Source: the human T2T-CHM13v2.0 reference genome, Homo sapiens
Assembly (NCBI RefSeq): GCF_009914755.1
Contig: NC_060934.1
Reading direction: 5' to 3' (one strand)
Length of the DNA: 64,000 nucleotides
The notes beneath the pieces were generated by a model that had not been told where the DNA came from, ran no database searches, and saw only the letters and a program-made list of their open reading frames with translations. Both the position numbers and the translations under genes were made by a program. Positions 1 through 13,538 of this stretch are shown piece after piece (within the stretch, counting starts at the first letter, position 1; the number at the start of each line of letters is the position of its first letter).

Positions 1-3000
1 ACAACTTAATAAGAAGGCTCAGTGTTGGCACCATTTTTAAGAATATTTATTTCCCTGGGCTAATATTCTTTTAAAAATACTGCTTCTTAAGGGAAATGAT
101 ACCTGTAAAAGAAAAATTAGAAGCTTCTGAATAAATTTGAAGAGGAAAGTCATGAAAAATTATAATTATATAAACTTTACACTATTATTGCTCTTTTGCT
201 ATATTTTCCGGTCATTTTTGCTATATTTACCTGATTTTTATAGTCATGATTACATAATATGTTTTTCTCTCTATTTGTTTAACATTGTATTATAATCAGG
301 TTTATAATCAGGTTAACAGATGCTTCATAAACATCACCTTTGACAACTGCATGAAATTCCACTGTATGACTCCAAATGTAATTTACTGAACTGTTCTATT
401 AATGGAAATTTATGCAATTTTAATATTTCTATTCATATAGATATATGGCAATACAGATATTTGAACAACATTTTTTTTCTGATTTAGGATGTTTTCTTTA
501 GACAGATTCCATGTGGAAATATGAGGTCAAAAATTAGAAATATTTTTAAACCTTTGATAAATAGCGTTTTCCATACTGTTTCCTACCTCGTTGTAAGTAC
601 AAGTTTGTCCACCTGGCTTCCTAAGTTGGTCAACATAAATTTGCACCAACTTAACATCTGAAATATAATAATATACACTGAGGTTCTTAGCATAATTTGT
701 GTTTCTTTTAAATTGGCATTGCTGATGACATTAACCAGTGTGACTGGGGAATGATTCTGTTGTCCACTGATCCATTTAATGTCTCAGTTCTGGCCATCTA
801 GTGGTCTAGTCTGTGTTTTCTACTGAACAACATATTGAGCTTTTCTCTGCTGCTTCCTGGCTTTCATATTTACTGCAGAGAAATCTCATTGTCTGCAATG
901 ATTGGACTTTTAGAATAGAATCTTAGTCATCTGTATTCTACGGCATGAAAACTAGGCCCACACTATTTACTACTGACCTGAGGACTCAGCTCTGCCTGCA
1001 TGTAGACCTGGAAAAACACCTTCTGCCTGTGCTCAGAATACCTGCTGGACCTGGTCACTCTCTACCCATGCTCTTTTCCTCAATGCTTTCCTTCCTTTCA
1101 CCTGTTGTCTTTTCATCTTCTCTCTTTTTATTCTTGGTCTGGCACTCGTGCAAGTAGAAGTGATTTGATAGCTTCCTCAGGCTTTTCATAAAAAGGGACC
1201 ATTTCCATGCAAGTGCTATTTTTACCAGTCTCAGAATTGTGTAAAAGGCTTTGGTTCTGTGATATTTTCTGGACCACACTATAAAAATTCCCTGATGCTA
1301 TAGACCCATGGGTTTTACTTTAACTCAGTATTTCCTAAACTGTGCTTCTGTGGAATTTCAGTTCAATTTCAATGGGAGCCAGGAACTAAGGTTCCCATGG
1401 TCAAATAAACTGCAAACTGTGCTTCCTAAATGGTCTTCTTGAAGATTTGCAGTTCATGTTATCATATCTAATGGTTTGGAGACATCAGAAGGAAAAAAAA
1501 ATTATGTTTTAACTTGGTCACTCCCCACTGAGGAACTATTTTTTTTCTCTTTTTATTTTTTATGGCTATACCTAGAGTCATTTTTCCTTAAAACCCATCT
1601 GGAAAAAGCTGGTTTGACCATGCAACCTGTTTATTAAAGTGGACCATGGTTTTACATCAAGGGGAAGATGTGACAAAAAATAAACATTTTCCAGTTTTGG
1701 AGCTGGACTGTGCACACATTTCTGTTCAGCAGTATTAGAACCCCTTCAACATTTGGAAATTATAATGTTTCTGCAGATGGGAACAAGCTGGATGCCAAGG
1801 AGTGTGCATGAGCGAGAGCAGAGGCCCAGCCTGTGAGCTCCACTCTGCTCTGCTGGCAGTGATCCAGTGACTACCTAACAGAGAGAAGTGGATAGCTTTA
1901 TGGGCAATTGTTTGCCCACTGGTTGAAATGCTTGGGTTGGATTTATCGGAACCATGGTCACATAAAGTTGTCTGTCACCCAAAGGGAATCATAAAGATGC
2001 CTTGAGTACCAGAGAAGGATCATTGATTTCTTTGGAGCCATAGTGTTCAGCCTCTCACAGCTGGGGAACTGCTTTGCTGTGAAATAGAATTTCAGTTGGA
2101 TACAAAATTAATCAGTTTTCACAGTTCAAAATTTTGACTAAGACACTGTGTCAGTGTGTTTGGTACATGCTGTGTTTGAGCCTGGAAGCCTACGCCTCAC
2201 ATTTGTGTAGCATCGTGACACCACCAACTGCCTGTTGATGTCATGGGGAACCAGGGTAATGGGGAGCGGACAGTTTCTCCTCTGCCACTCTAGCTCTTTC
2301 TCCCAGCTTGAATACAGGGCTGACCTTTCACAAACTAACACATCTAGAAGGGACCTTAGTGACTATTAATCCAACACTGACCAGGGGAAGAAATCCTTTT
2401 GCAACACCCATGATCAGCCGCTGACCCAACCTGTGCTTGCATACTTGTAATAATGGGGGATCCACCACCCTACATGGCAGCCCTATGGTTAGATTTTGAA
2501 TGATAACTAGGCTTTGGTGAAATTCCTGTTTCGTGAATAAATCAAAAAGAAGGCAAATTCCATGTTGTCTCATCTCTCTACTGGCATGAGATCAATATCA
2601 AGGAGACAATCAATCACTTATCTTTCATGTCTCTGATGTGATCCATTTGCTATATTTTGGTCTCAAATGCTTGGGAAGACAGTAGATAGAGAAAGAAACT
2701 GATACTTATGATCCAAAATGATCTGCCAAATCCAATCTCTTGAGGCAATTAAATTAGAAGGATATATAGGTCTTCCCAAGAAACAGAACTAGGCAAACAT
2801 AGGCATTTATATTTGGTGCAATATCCTCACCCTAACAAAAAAAGAATGTTTTTCTACTTATATAGCTGATCACACAGAAAGGATCAACAATCGAGTTTTT
2901 GAACATAATTTTTCATTTCTCAAAACCCTACTTGCATAAGGAAAACAGTCTGTTCACAAAGAGGGTTTCAGTTTTGCAGTGAAGTGTAATGGGAAGAATA

Positions 3001-3799
3001 TATTCAGATATGTTTATTAATCAAGATCTACCCCTGTCTTTTTATTCTATATTCGTTTAGGTGGTCCGTAACAATGGGGAAGAAAAGATGAGCAAGTTAT
3101 GGCCCTTGTCCTTAAGGAGCTCAGGATCTCCCCAGTGGGCTGCAGGAATGGCAAATACCCACAAAATAGCCGCCACACAAGGCAGAGAGTGATACGTGTT
3201 CTACTAAGAATAGCAGTAAAATGCTGAGGAATCAGAGAGATCAAGGTTAATGCCAGGTGGAAGACTGGGGAAAAGTACACAGCTGAATTGACTCTGAGTT
3301 GCATGTGGGAAAATGGATGAGATTTCAAAAGGCAGAGATTAAAGAGTTACTGCTACATGGAGGCATTTTCCTAGAATGTCCCTCAGTATAGGAGGCAGGG
3401 GCTTTCAAAACTCTGTATTCATCATTTTCTATAGACATTTTTCCTTGTAGTATGTCTTGTCACTGTATCCATAGCTAAAGTTTTGGAGATTTGTATGCTT
3501 ATATCATTGATGGGATTGTTTTAAATAAATGTCTTATAATTTAGCAATTTTAGTTCCTGGAGTCTTTTCACACTTACTGAGAAATCTACAAGGTACTCTT
3601 CTTGGTTCATAGGTAGGTACCCATTGCATTGACTTTTAATTTTGGGTGGAGTCTGAGTGTCCTTATTCTCTTTTCTCATGGAAAAATGTCGTGCCCTGGC
3701 CAGGGAGGAGGAAAAGAAAAACAGCATACTGCTGGATGGCTCCAATCTTTCTGTAGTATTGAAGACAGTGGGAGAAGGAAAGAGAGAAAAAGGGATGGG

Positions 3800-4051
3800 A
3801 GCCGGGGGCGGTGACTCACGCCTGTAATCCCAGCACTTTGGGAGGCTGAGGCGGGCGGATCACGAGGTCAGGAGATGGAGACCACGGTGAAACCCCGTCT
3901 CTACTAAAATAATTAGCTGGGCCTGGTGGCGGGCGCCTGTAGTCCCAGCTACTCAGGAGGCTGAGGCAGGAGAATGGCGTGAACCCGGAAGGCGGAGCTT
4001 GCAGTGAGCCCAGATGGCATGGCGTCTCAAAAAAAAAAAAAAAAAAAGAAA
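3800..4051 (+). mobile_element. AluY (Yd-lineage-like) with internal deletions
   Basis: Alu 5' end, long A tail, and 15-bp TSD agaaaaagggatggg (3785-99 and 4052-66). Junction GAGACCA|CGGTGAAACC shows a 12-bp deletion. Confidence 0.9.
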
Positions 4052-4899
4052 AGAAAAAGGGATGGGCCTTTCAATCTGGTGAGTGCAAGCAAGAGTCTTG
4101 CCATGGTCAGGGATGTGTAAATAAGGGCAGCTTTCTCTCAATATGGACATTCTCAATGGACATTTACATTCATTCATTACGTTTTCCTCGAAGCATGGAA
4201 GGAGTACATGCTGTGTATCAGGAGTTGCCTTTTCAAAGCTCACAGTCTGGTGAAGGGAAAGGAAACATGTAAACTGGCATTTGCAATGCAATATGATAAG
4301 GGCTATGACAAAAGGAATGTGGAATTCTGTGTCTTTGAGGGCAGATAAGAGAGACTGCAAATAATAGCTCTAGAAGACAATGTCTGAGCCAAGCAAGAAT
4401 TAGGTGAGCAAAAAGATGGGCACCTTTTTAAAAATTATGGGCATTTAGTGAGTGATTTTATAAAGAAAATAGCACATTCATTCATCTTAATTAAGTTTAC
4501 TTTGCAGTTAATTACGCTGAGTGACCTTGGGGATATATAAGTATTTGATACAGACTTAATATGAGGTGGATGCAAATATCACTGATAGGTGAGTGTGTGC
4601 TGCAAAACGATACAGAGTCCATCTGTGTTTGAGTAATGATAATTATCAAATCTCATTGGAAGTTTTTCAGTTATTGAATGGAATAATATGCAGTTCTTCT
4701 CTTAATAAAATTAATTCAAGCATACTTTATATTAAACAATATATTTTGGAAGAACACTACCAACAAATTTACCAAAACAAAAAAAATAATGTCACAGCTC
4801 TCAGGAGGTGCCAGCATTTATTGATTACACACTACATGTTGTTACATACATTCATTTATATAATTCTCATTTTAAAAAATCTTAGCTGATATTGTTGGC

Positions 4900-5358
4900 T
4901 ACTGCTTACATTTCATCCTCCGTGGCCTTTACTTCAACTGAATTTCAGTTTTATGCCAACAATCAGCCCACTGTCCTTCACATGGCCGTGCATTTGCTTC
5001 ATGAAGCTACTCAGGGGAATGCCAATATTCAGACTGAGAATGCTTAAGAGGTGGGCATGGGACTCAAATCTTGTTAATGAATTAGGAGTGATGATGTTTA
5101 GATGTGATGCCTAAAATCATGGCAGCTATCTGTGACAAGGGAGCCTAGCCTAAGGATATAACCAATGATGGCTCAGCAGGATATAGCCAATGATGGCTCA
5201 GCAGAATGAGTCCTTTATTTTGGGGGATCTAGGTAAGCAACTATATTAGACAACCTAGGAACCCTTTCCTACTAAACGAGGTAATGTTATTTTCCTTCAG
5301 ATTTAAGCCATTTGTGTTGAGTTTTCTGAACTCTCAGCCAAAATCATTCTCATTGACA
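4900..5358 (+). mobile_element. Degraded MaLR LTR (MLT1J/K-like); boundaries approximate
   Basis: 3' motif tttaagccatttgtgttgagttttctg...cagccaaaatcattctcattgaca resembles an MLT1 LTR end. Confidence 0.45.
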
Positions 5359-5369
5359 GGTAGGTACTC

Positions 5370-5650
5370 TCATTATCTCCATTTTACAAATAGGGAAATT
5401 GGGGGTTCAATAAGTTAAGTCAGCACTTTTGGAGGCTATGGCAGGGGATCACTTGAGCCCAGAAGTTTAAGGCAGCATTGAGCCATGATCATCATGCCAC
5501 TGTACTTCATCCTGGGCAACAAAGCAAGACCCTGCTTCTCAAACACAAAGAAAAACAAACAAAAAAAAGAAGTTAAGAACTTAATGAACATCATGCAGCT
5601 GGTAAAAATATCAGAATTAGGATCAAAATCAAGTCTGTCTTACATCAATA
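5370..5650. mobile_element. MIR interrupted by an old Alu monomer (FRAM/AluJ-like, ~5421-5570, + strand)
   Basis: MIR core ctccattttacaaatagggaaattggg...aagttaag is split by cagcacttttggaggc...cctgggcaacaaagcaagaccc plus an A tail. aagttaag is repeated on both sides. Confidence 0.7.
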
Positions 5651-5800
5651 CCCTAGTGGTTAATTTGTGGTTAGACATCTTCTACATATATTTTTTGAAA
5701 CATATCACACTAAAGCACTGAAATAAATAATGACAAAAATGTCTAGTAATTCAAATATATAATCTGTGAGAAAGCCACTTTCCCCAGTAATGTTTTATAT

Positions 5801-6015
5801 CAAGTGTTGGTAAATTGTGTAAGGGGTCAAATAATAAATATTTTAGAGTTTATGGGTCAGATGGTTTCTTTCACAACTACTCAACTCATTGCAGCTCAAA
5901 AAGCCATAGACAATGCATAAACAGATGAGCTCAGCACTGTTTCAGCAAAATTGTAATTACAAAAACATGTGGCAGACCAGATTTGGGCCTGGGACCATAG
6001 TATACTGAACACTTC
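5801..6015. mobile_element. MER58A-like hAT DNA transposon
   Basis: taaatattttag...caactactcaactc...aaagccatagacaatgcataaac...ggcagaccagatttggg, typical MER58 motifs. Confidence 0.7.
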
Positions 6016-6373
6016 TCTACATGAACTAAATCTGATTCTTTGTGAAGGGTTCGCCAGGGAGGATGGGCAAAAGCTCATTTTACTAGGTGTGTACCAAAAA
6101 AAAAAGTCACACCAGTAGAAGAGAAAAGGAGATATGGAGTGCAGTGTGGAAGGGACAGAGAGTGCACCCTCTTCACAAACTTTAAGATATCAAAGAAAAT
6201 GACTGTTTTCCTACTTTGTAGTGCAGATTGGGAAACAGCTTCAGACAACACAAAAGGAGGGGAGCTCATGGCTTCCACCATCAGAGAGGCAAAGTTAGAT
6301 AGTAGATTTCTAGCCTACTATCTGTGCTTAAATTGGAATTTCTGTTAAAAATTCCGAATTTTCTCAGCAATAA

Positions 6374-6661
<288 letters not shown>

Positions 6662-7059
6662 TGAATGACCCACAAGCAGTATAATACATAGCTGTTATTT
6701 CTGCAAATGGAGAGATAAGAATTGGAAGTGAACAGATGGTTATAGCTCTTTGATTTTTGTTTTAATTGCTTTCCAACAATCACAGAGAATGGACCAATTT
6801 TCTCAATAATATTTGTTCTGAAACAAAGGTCTGGGAGTCAAGTTTGTCAATAAGGCAAAGAGTTTTTGGGAGGTATGTGAGGGTTTTTCTTTTTTTTTCT
6901 CAAATGGTTTGCAAAGGCATAACATGAAATTGACTGTTATTTATTTGCAGAATCTTAACTACTGAGCCATATTTGTCCCCTTTTACTTCTTACTAAACTG
7001 GAAACATAAAAAAGGGTTTATAGGAAACCAAGGTTAACAGATAGGAACATAAAGTTTCA

Positions 7060-7680
7060 CTCTTCTTTCCTGCTTCTGGCAACCACTAATTTATTTTCTG
7101 TCTCTGTGGATTTGCCTATTCTGGACATTTCCTATAAATGGAATTATGTAATATGCAGACTTATGCCTACTGTCTTTCACTGAGCATAATGCTTTCAAGG
7201 TTCACCCATGCTGTAGCATGCATCAGTAAATAATGTCTTTTATTAGTGAATAATATTCCATTGGATAGATGTACCAACTTTTTTGTTTATTCATCACTTG
7301 GTGGACAATGGAGTTGCTTCCACTTTTTGGCTACTATGTGTAATATTTCTATAAACACTCATAAACAAGTATGAACATTTGCTTTCAATTCTCTTATGTG
7401 AGGAGTGGAATTGCTTGGTCATATGGTAACTCTAACATCTTGAGGAATGATCAAACTTTTCTGCAGAAGCTGCACCATTTTACTTTCCCCAGCATTGTAT
7501 GACTATTCCTATTTCTCCACATTCCTGCCAATACTCATTGTTGTCCGTTCTAATGGGTGTGAAGTGATATTTCATTGTAGTTTTGATTTTACTTTACATA
7601 AACACTAACAATTTTGGACATCTTTTTATGTGTTTGTTGGATGTATGTATATATTCTTTGGAAAAATATCTATTCAAATA
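7060..7680 (-). mobile_element. Old L1 3' fragment (L1MB-like)
   Basis: ggcaaccactaat...ttgcctattctggacattt...aggagtggaattgctt...tgtgaagtgatatttcattg. Confidence 0.75.
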
Positions 7681-9150
7681 GAAAGGAAAATTTTAAAGAA
7701 GAGAAGATGTATGATAAAATTTATATTGACTGCATGTCTATAATGCATTGGGGTCTTTACTCATAAAAATGAATAATAAGTAATATTTTAATCATATTAC
7801 ATAAATAAGATTCAGATAAATTAAGAACTTGCTAAAGAAAATAGTTGGCTATGGTTAAGCCAAGAGTCAAATAAGATCCGCACGCCTTCCCTTTGTCCCA
7901 TGTACATATGCTTCATGTGCATCGATATGAAGATGTACATCTTACAGAGATGAATAAGACAAACATGACTGAATAAAGCATGAGTGTGCCCCTCTCCTCT
8001 CTGGAAAAAAGTAAAAACATAAAAAACTTTTATGGAATAATGCAGAAAAGGATCAATTCTCTTTCTGATGTCAATATGATAGTAAAGTTGTAGGTAGTGC
8101 ACTTGTGAGATCATCACCTTACTAGTGATTGATGGGGGCATCCCACTCTTTATTGATCTAGTCTATGTAATAGCACATGAGAAATCCATGAACCGCCCTG
8201 TGGAGGGCTTATTTATCTTTTAAAATGCTATAACCACATCCAGTATCTCTAAACAAGTGCTTAGAAGTTAGAAAACATTATGAGTATATTAGCCACCTAG
8301 ACACCACTCTCCCCTGCCCAGCACTTAGCAGAGTGTAGATTGGGTACATGACAGTCACGCATGCCTTGTTGCTCCTGGGAGGCAGACTTGCCTTATTATC
8401 TGAACTGATTTCCTCACTTTCCACCCCAGGAATCAATACAGTACTCAGCAGTCTTATATTAGATGCTCCATGATAGATTGTTAAATAAATGACTTTAATT
8501 GGCATCATACAGCGATATTACAGAATTAGATATACAGTTGATGCTCAATAAATATGTGCTGACTTATTTAGTAAAGAAAGGAAAGATGTGCTTGGTGCCA
8601 AGCACTGTGAAAATCCCACTACCACACATTGTCTTCTTTTCTCATTTAGGCTTCGTGAAACCCCATGAATTATATGCTTTCATATATTCACCTTATTCAT
8701 GTTCAAAATGCCAGCAAGTAGTAAAGTAGTAATGCAAACCCAGATCTGCAAAAGTACATTACAAAGCATTAAGTTGGATATTTAGAACTCGGCACACTAA
8801 ATTTCATCTGGGGCTAAAACACAGAGTCCCAATGTAGTACCAAGAAACAAGCCTTTCCCACTTTTGCTTAAGATGACACCAACACTGCCATGAAGAAGAT
8901 GAACAGGGGTGCACAGGATGATACTTCTTCAAATAAGTGAAATGATTGATGTATTGGGTACTTTATGCAAGAAGATTTGGAGAACAATGTAATTGTTTTA
9001 TAATCTGATTGCGTATCCCTAAGACCTGGATGTTTTCAAAATGATAAATGACTTAATGACTGAATACATTCTAGTTGCCTGTTTTAAACAAATGTGACAT
9101 TTTAGGGGTTAATGCTACATTCTTGATTTCCTGTATTTTTAGTCAGTAAC

Positions 9151-9511
9151 TGTATTAGTCTGTTCTCACACAGTTATGAAGAAATACCTGAGACTGGGTA
9201 ATTTAAGAAGAAAAGAGGTTTAATTGACTCATAGTTCCACATAGCTGGGGAGTCCTCAGGAAACTTACAATCACGGCGGAAGGCACCTCTTCACAGGGCA
9301 GCAGGGGAGAGAATGAGGGCCAGCAGAAGAAACGCCAGAGGCTTATAAAACCATCAGATCTTGTGAGAACTCACTCACTATCACGAGAACAGCATGGGGG
9401 AGGCTGCCTCCATGATTTGGTTACCTCCCACCAGGTCCTTTCCACACACGGAGATTATGGGGATTACGATTCAAGATGAGATTTGGGTGGGGATACAGCC
9501 AAACCACTTCA
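9151..9511 (-). mobile_element. THE1 (THE1C-like) MaLR solo LTR
   Basis: TG...CA termini, 5-bp TSD gtaac (9146-50 and 9512-16), and motifs gagactgggtaattt, ggaaggcacctcttcacaggg and gatgagatttgggtgggga. Confidence 0.9.
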
Positions 9512-10662
9512 GTAACTTTCTCTCTGTTTAAAAATTTTTAAATTTCTATTTTTTTTAAAGTTTGAACATGTTGAGGTTCAAATGTCTTAAGCTTCCAAGT
9601 GCTCTTTTGACTTTTAATATATTTCTGGAGTCCCTTTTTGTCTTCTTGGTCCTTAACACTTTGGTTGCATGCCTGCATTTCCTCTCCTGCTTGTGTGCAC
9701 TTCTCATCTGCCATGTCTAGGAAGTTGTATCCTTTCCACTTGATTTAGCATTTCTTTATCTTCTGTCGTGCAGCTATCAATATGCCATCTAGGGTGGGGG
9801 CTGGAGATATAAGACAGCTTAAAGATATCATCCTTTTACTTAAACAACTATCCATCTTTTAAAGTACTTTAATATAATTTTCATAACTTTTCCGGTCAGC
9901 CAGAGTGAATACTCTCGAAAGTGTCTTTGACAGTTGGCTTTATTTTTTGAGGAGGAAACTTCTCTTGATTGACTTTGTTTGCACCGTGATTTGCAGACAA
10001 GATACTAAGAATATGGGGGTGGTGGTTGGGGCTAGTGTTAGAGTTAGTCCTGTTATAATCTCAGTTTCTCAACCCATCCAAATGAGAACACCATAGAAGT
10101 AAAAACATATTTCCTATGCAAAGGCTGCATTAAGATATGTCTAGTTCCCACCTCAACCCACTCTCTAAGTCTTTCTTGCATAAAATGCGGAGCCACCACA
10201 CCACTACTGACAAAAGTGCCCTCTCCACGAACTCTCCTAGAATATTTTTTCTACTTCTGCCATGACACTTGACATAGTTAGCCAATGCATAAGCAGGGCT
10301 TCAAGCCAGGCTCTTGTGTTGCAATATCTATCCTTTCTTTATACCCCAGGTGGAGAAGAAAGTGCTTGGATATCTGAACACTAGAATAAATGATTCAAAT
10401 AAGAGCTAAAACTATTAAGGGGAAAAATAAGATTTTTAAGTAATTAAAGTGAGTGATATTCATTTTCATGAAGGAATCTGAAGAATCAAGTCAATGTTTA
10501 GACATTAATTCAAAGCCATGATGGAATGAAAAGAAAATGTGACAGAGAAAGTAATAGAAATTCCCTGAGTCAAGCACTGTCTTTATTTTTGCACTCACCT
10601 ACCTCCCCCCAATATCTACTTTGCACAGTATTTTAGTGTGTGCTCAAAAAAATGGGTGTTGG

Positions 10663-10768
10663 GTGCTTGCTTTGGCAGCACATATACTAAAATGGGAACA
10701 ATACAGAGAAAGTTGTCATGGCCGTGCACAAGGATGACATGCAAATTTGTGAAACGTTCCCTATTTTT
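10663..10768 (+). pseudogene. Full-length U6 snRNA retrocopy (RNU6-type pseudogene), 5' part of a U6/L1 chimera
   Basis: GTGCTTGCTTTGGCAGCACATATACTAAAATGGGAACAATACAGAGA...GCAAATTTGTGAAACGTTCCCTATTTTT aligns end to end with U6, with all but one CpG decayed. The ACAGAGA box is retained. Confidence 0.93.
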
Positions 10769-11040
10769 ATGGTTAATGGGTACAAAAAAAAATTAGAAAA
10801 TGTAAGACCTATTTTTTGATAGCACAACAGGGTGACTATAGTCAATAATAATTGTACACTTTAAATAACTAAGAGTGTAATAGGATTGTTTGTAACACAA
10901 AGTATAAATGCTTGAGGAGATGGATACCCCATTTTCCATATTGTGATTATTATGCATTGCATACCTGTATCAAAGCATCTCATGTACCCCATGAATATAT
11001 ACACCAGCTATGTATGCCCAAAATTTAAAAATAAAAAATA
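10769..11040 (+). mobile_element. L1 3' end (L1MA1-3-like) fused directly to the U6 copy
   Basis: ATGGTTAATGGGTACAAAAA...GATAGCACAACAGGGTGACTATAGTCAATAAT...GGATACCCCATT...A-rich tail, typical of an L1MA 3'UTR. Degenerate TSD aaaatgggtgttgg (10649-62) / aacattggtgttgg (11046-59) flanks the whole chimera. Confidence 0.85.
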
Positions 11041-11469
11041 TTTTTAACATTGGTGTTGGGTAGATGGGTTCCAAGATGAATGAACTACTAAAAAACGATG
11101 CCTTCTAATTGCTCTTATTTACTTATTCTGGAGTGATAAATAGAGTGTTTGGCAAGGAGAAGCTTGCATATGTGTAGCTTAAAAGAGTCCAAAACTCAGC
11201 ACGGTTGGAAATGCAGAATATTAAAGAGATTTCTTTATGGAGTTGGGCTTTTTTGACTTTTCCTTGCCTTTCTATGGATGAGGTGTGAAATAATAAGACT
11301 GTTGTGTGGTCCCTCCATAGTTCAGTTTCATTTCTGTAAAATGAAAATGATATTTATATTGGATTAATAGGTTTATTCCAAGCATTATTACTGCATGCTG
11401 ACTTCTAAAGTTTCTCTTATCCCAAGGTTGTTGGTTTGAATTGTTAAAACTATAAGTCCTAAGAACAGA

Positions 11470-13538
11470 TTTATTTATTTTATATGTATATATCTGTTTT
11501 ATTTTTATAGATTTAGGGAGTACAAGTACAGATTTCTTACATTAATATTTTACATAGCGTTAGAGTCTGGGCTTTTAGTGTACTCATCACCCAAAAAGTG
11601 ATTTGGTAACCCAATAGGTAGTTTTTCAACCCTTTCCTTCCTCCCACCTTCCCATCTTTTGTAGTCTCCAGTGTATATTATTTACCACTAAATGTCCATG
11701 TGTACCCTTTGTTTAGCTCCTGGTTATAAGTGAGAATATAAAGTATTTTACTCTGTTTCTGAGTTTACTCTGTTTCTGAGTTATTTTACTTAGGATCGTT
11801 GCCTCCAGTTCCTGTTCTATTGATCTGTATCTATTTTTATACCAGCACCATGGTGTTTTGGTTACTAAGCCTTGAGAGTCCTAGATTTCATAAAATGGTA
11901 TGATTTCTTTTTTATGGCTGAGTAGTACTTTATGGTATTTATGGTATATGGTATTTCTGGTGTGTGTATGTATATATATCATACTATATGATATATATAT
12001 ATGGAATATGGTATTTATGTTATATATATGCACACACACACACTCATTAATCATCCATTAATGAATACTTAAGGTGATTCTATATCTTTGCTATTGTGAA
12101 TAGTGCTGCCAAAAATATGCAAGTACAGATATCTTTTTGATATAATAATGATTTCTTTCCCATTGGGTATATACTCAGAAGTGGGATTACTGGATCAAAT
12201 GGTAGTTCTATTTTTAGTTCTTGGATAAATCTCCATACTGTTTTCCATAAAGGTTGTAGCAATTTACACTGCCATCAACAACGTATTAGCATTCCCTTTT
12301 CTCCACATCCTCACAATATCTGTTGTTTTTTGACTTTTTAATATTAACCATTCTGGCTGGTGTAAGATGGTATCTCACTGTGGTTTTAATTTGCATTTAT
12401 CTGATGATTAATGATGTTGAGAATGTTTTTAATATGTTTATTGGTTGCTTGTATGTTTTCTTTTAAAAAGTGTGTGTTTATGTGTTTTGCCCCCTTTTTA
12501 ATAGAGTTATTTATTTTTCTTGTTGAGCTGTTTGAGTTCCTTGTAGATTCCGGATATTAGCCCTTTGTCAGATGCATAGATTGCAAATATTTTCCCATTC
12601 TGTAGGCTGTCTGTTTACTGTATTTATCATTTATTTTGCTTTGTAGAAGCTTTTTAGTTTAATTAACTCTCACTTATATATTTTTGTTTTTATGATGTTT
12701 GTTTTTGAGGACTTGGTCATAAATTCTTTGCCTAGGCCAGTGTTCAGTAAAGTTTTTCCTAGGTTTTCTTCAAGGATTTTTACAGTTTCAAGTTTTACAT
12801 TTCAGTCTTTAATTTCATCTTGAGTTAATTTTTGTATATGGTAAGAGATATGGGTATGGTTTCATCCGTCTGCATATGGTTATCCAATTTTTCCAGAACC
12901 ATTTATTGAATAGAGTGTCCTCTCCCCAGTGTATATTTTTGTTGACTTAGTCAAAGGTCAGTTCATCATAGGTATGTGGCTTTATCAAATCTAGGGCTCT
13001 CAATGCTGTAGTAACCAAAACAGTATGGTACTGGAATAAAAAAATAGACATATAGATAAATGGTACAGAATGGAGAACTGATAAATGATTTCAGTAAAGT
13101 TTCAGGATACAAAATCAACAAGGAAAAATCTGTGGCCTTGCTAAACACCAATAATAATAATCAAGCTGAGAACCAAAACAAGAACTCAATCCTATTTACA
13201 ATCGTTACAAAAAAATACATAGGCATACATTTAATGAAGGAAGTGAAAGATCTCTACAAGCAAAACTACAAAACACTAATCATAGATGACACAAACAAAT
13301 GGAAAATCACCCCATGCTCATGGATTTGAAGAATCAATATCATTAAAATGACTGTACTGCCCAAAGCAATGTACATATTCAACACCATTTGATTACATTA
13401 CCAATGTCATTTTTCACAGGATTAGAAAAAAAATCCTAAAATTCATGTGGAACCAAAAAAGGGCTTTAATAGCCAAAGCAATCCTAAACAACCAGAACAA
13501 AGCTGGAGGCATCGCATATCTGTCTTCACATTATACTA
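11470..13538 (-). mobile_element. Older L1 (L1PB-like), 5'-truncated and 5'-inverted, with complex rearrangement
   Basis: Minus-strand 3'UTR and ORF2 end at 11470-12985, then plus-strand ORF2 fragments at ~13000-13538 ([15 protein letters not shown]...PCSWI). Candidate TSD aagaacagattta / aagacagatttta. Confidence 0.85.

Noticed and set aside
10663-10768. Functional U6 snRNA gene
   Set aside because: CpGs are decayed, the AGC catalytic triad region is altered, no upstream PSE/TATA is evident, and it is fused to an L1 tail within a TSD.
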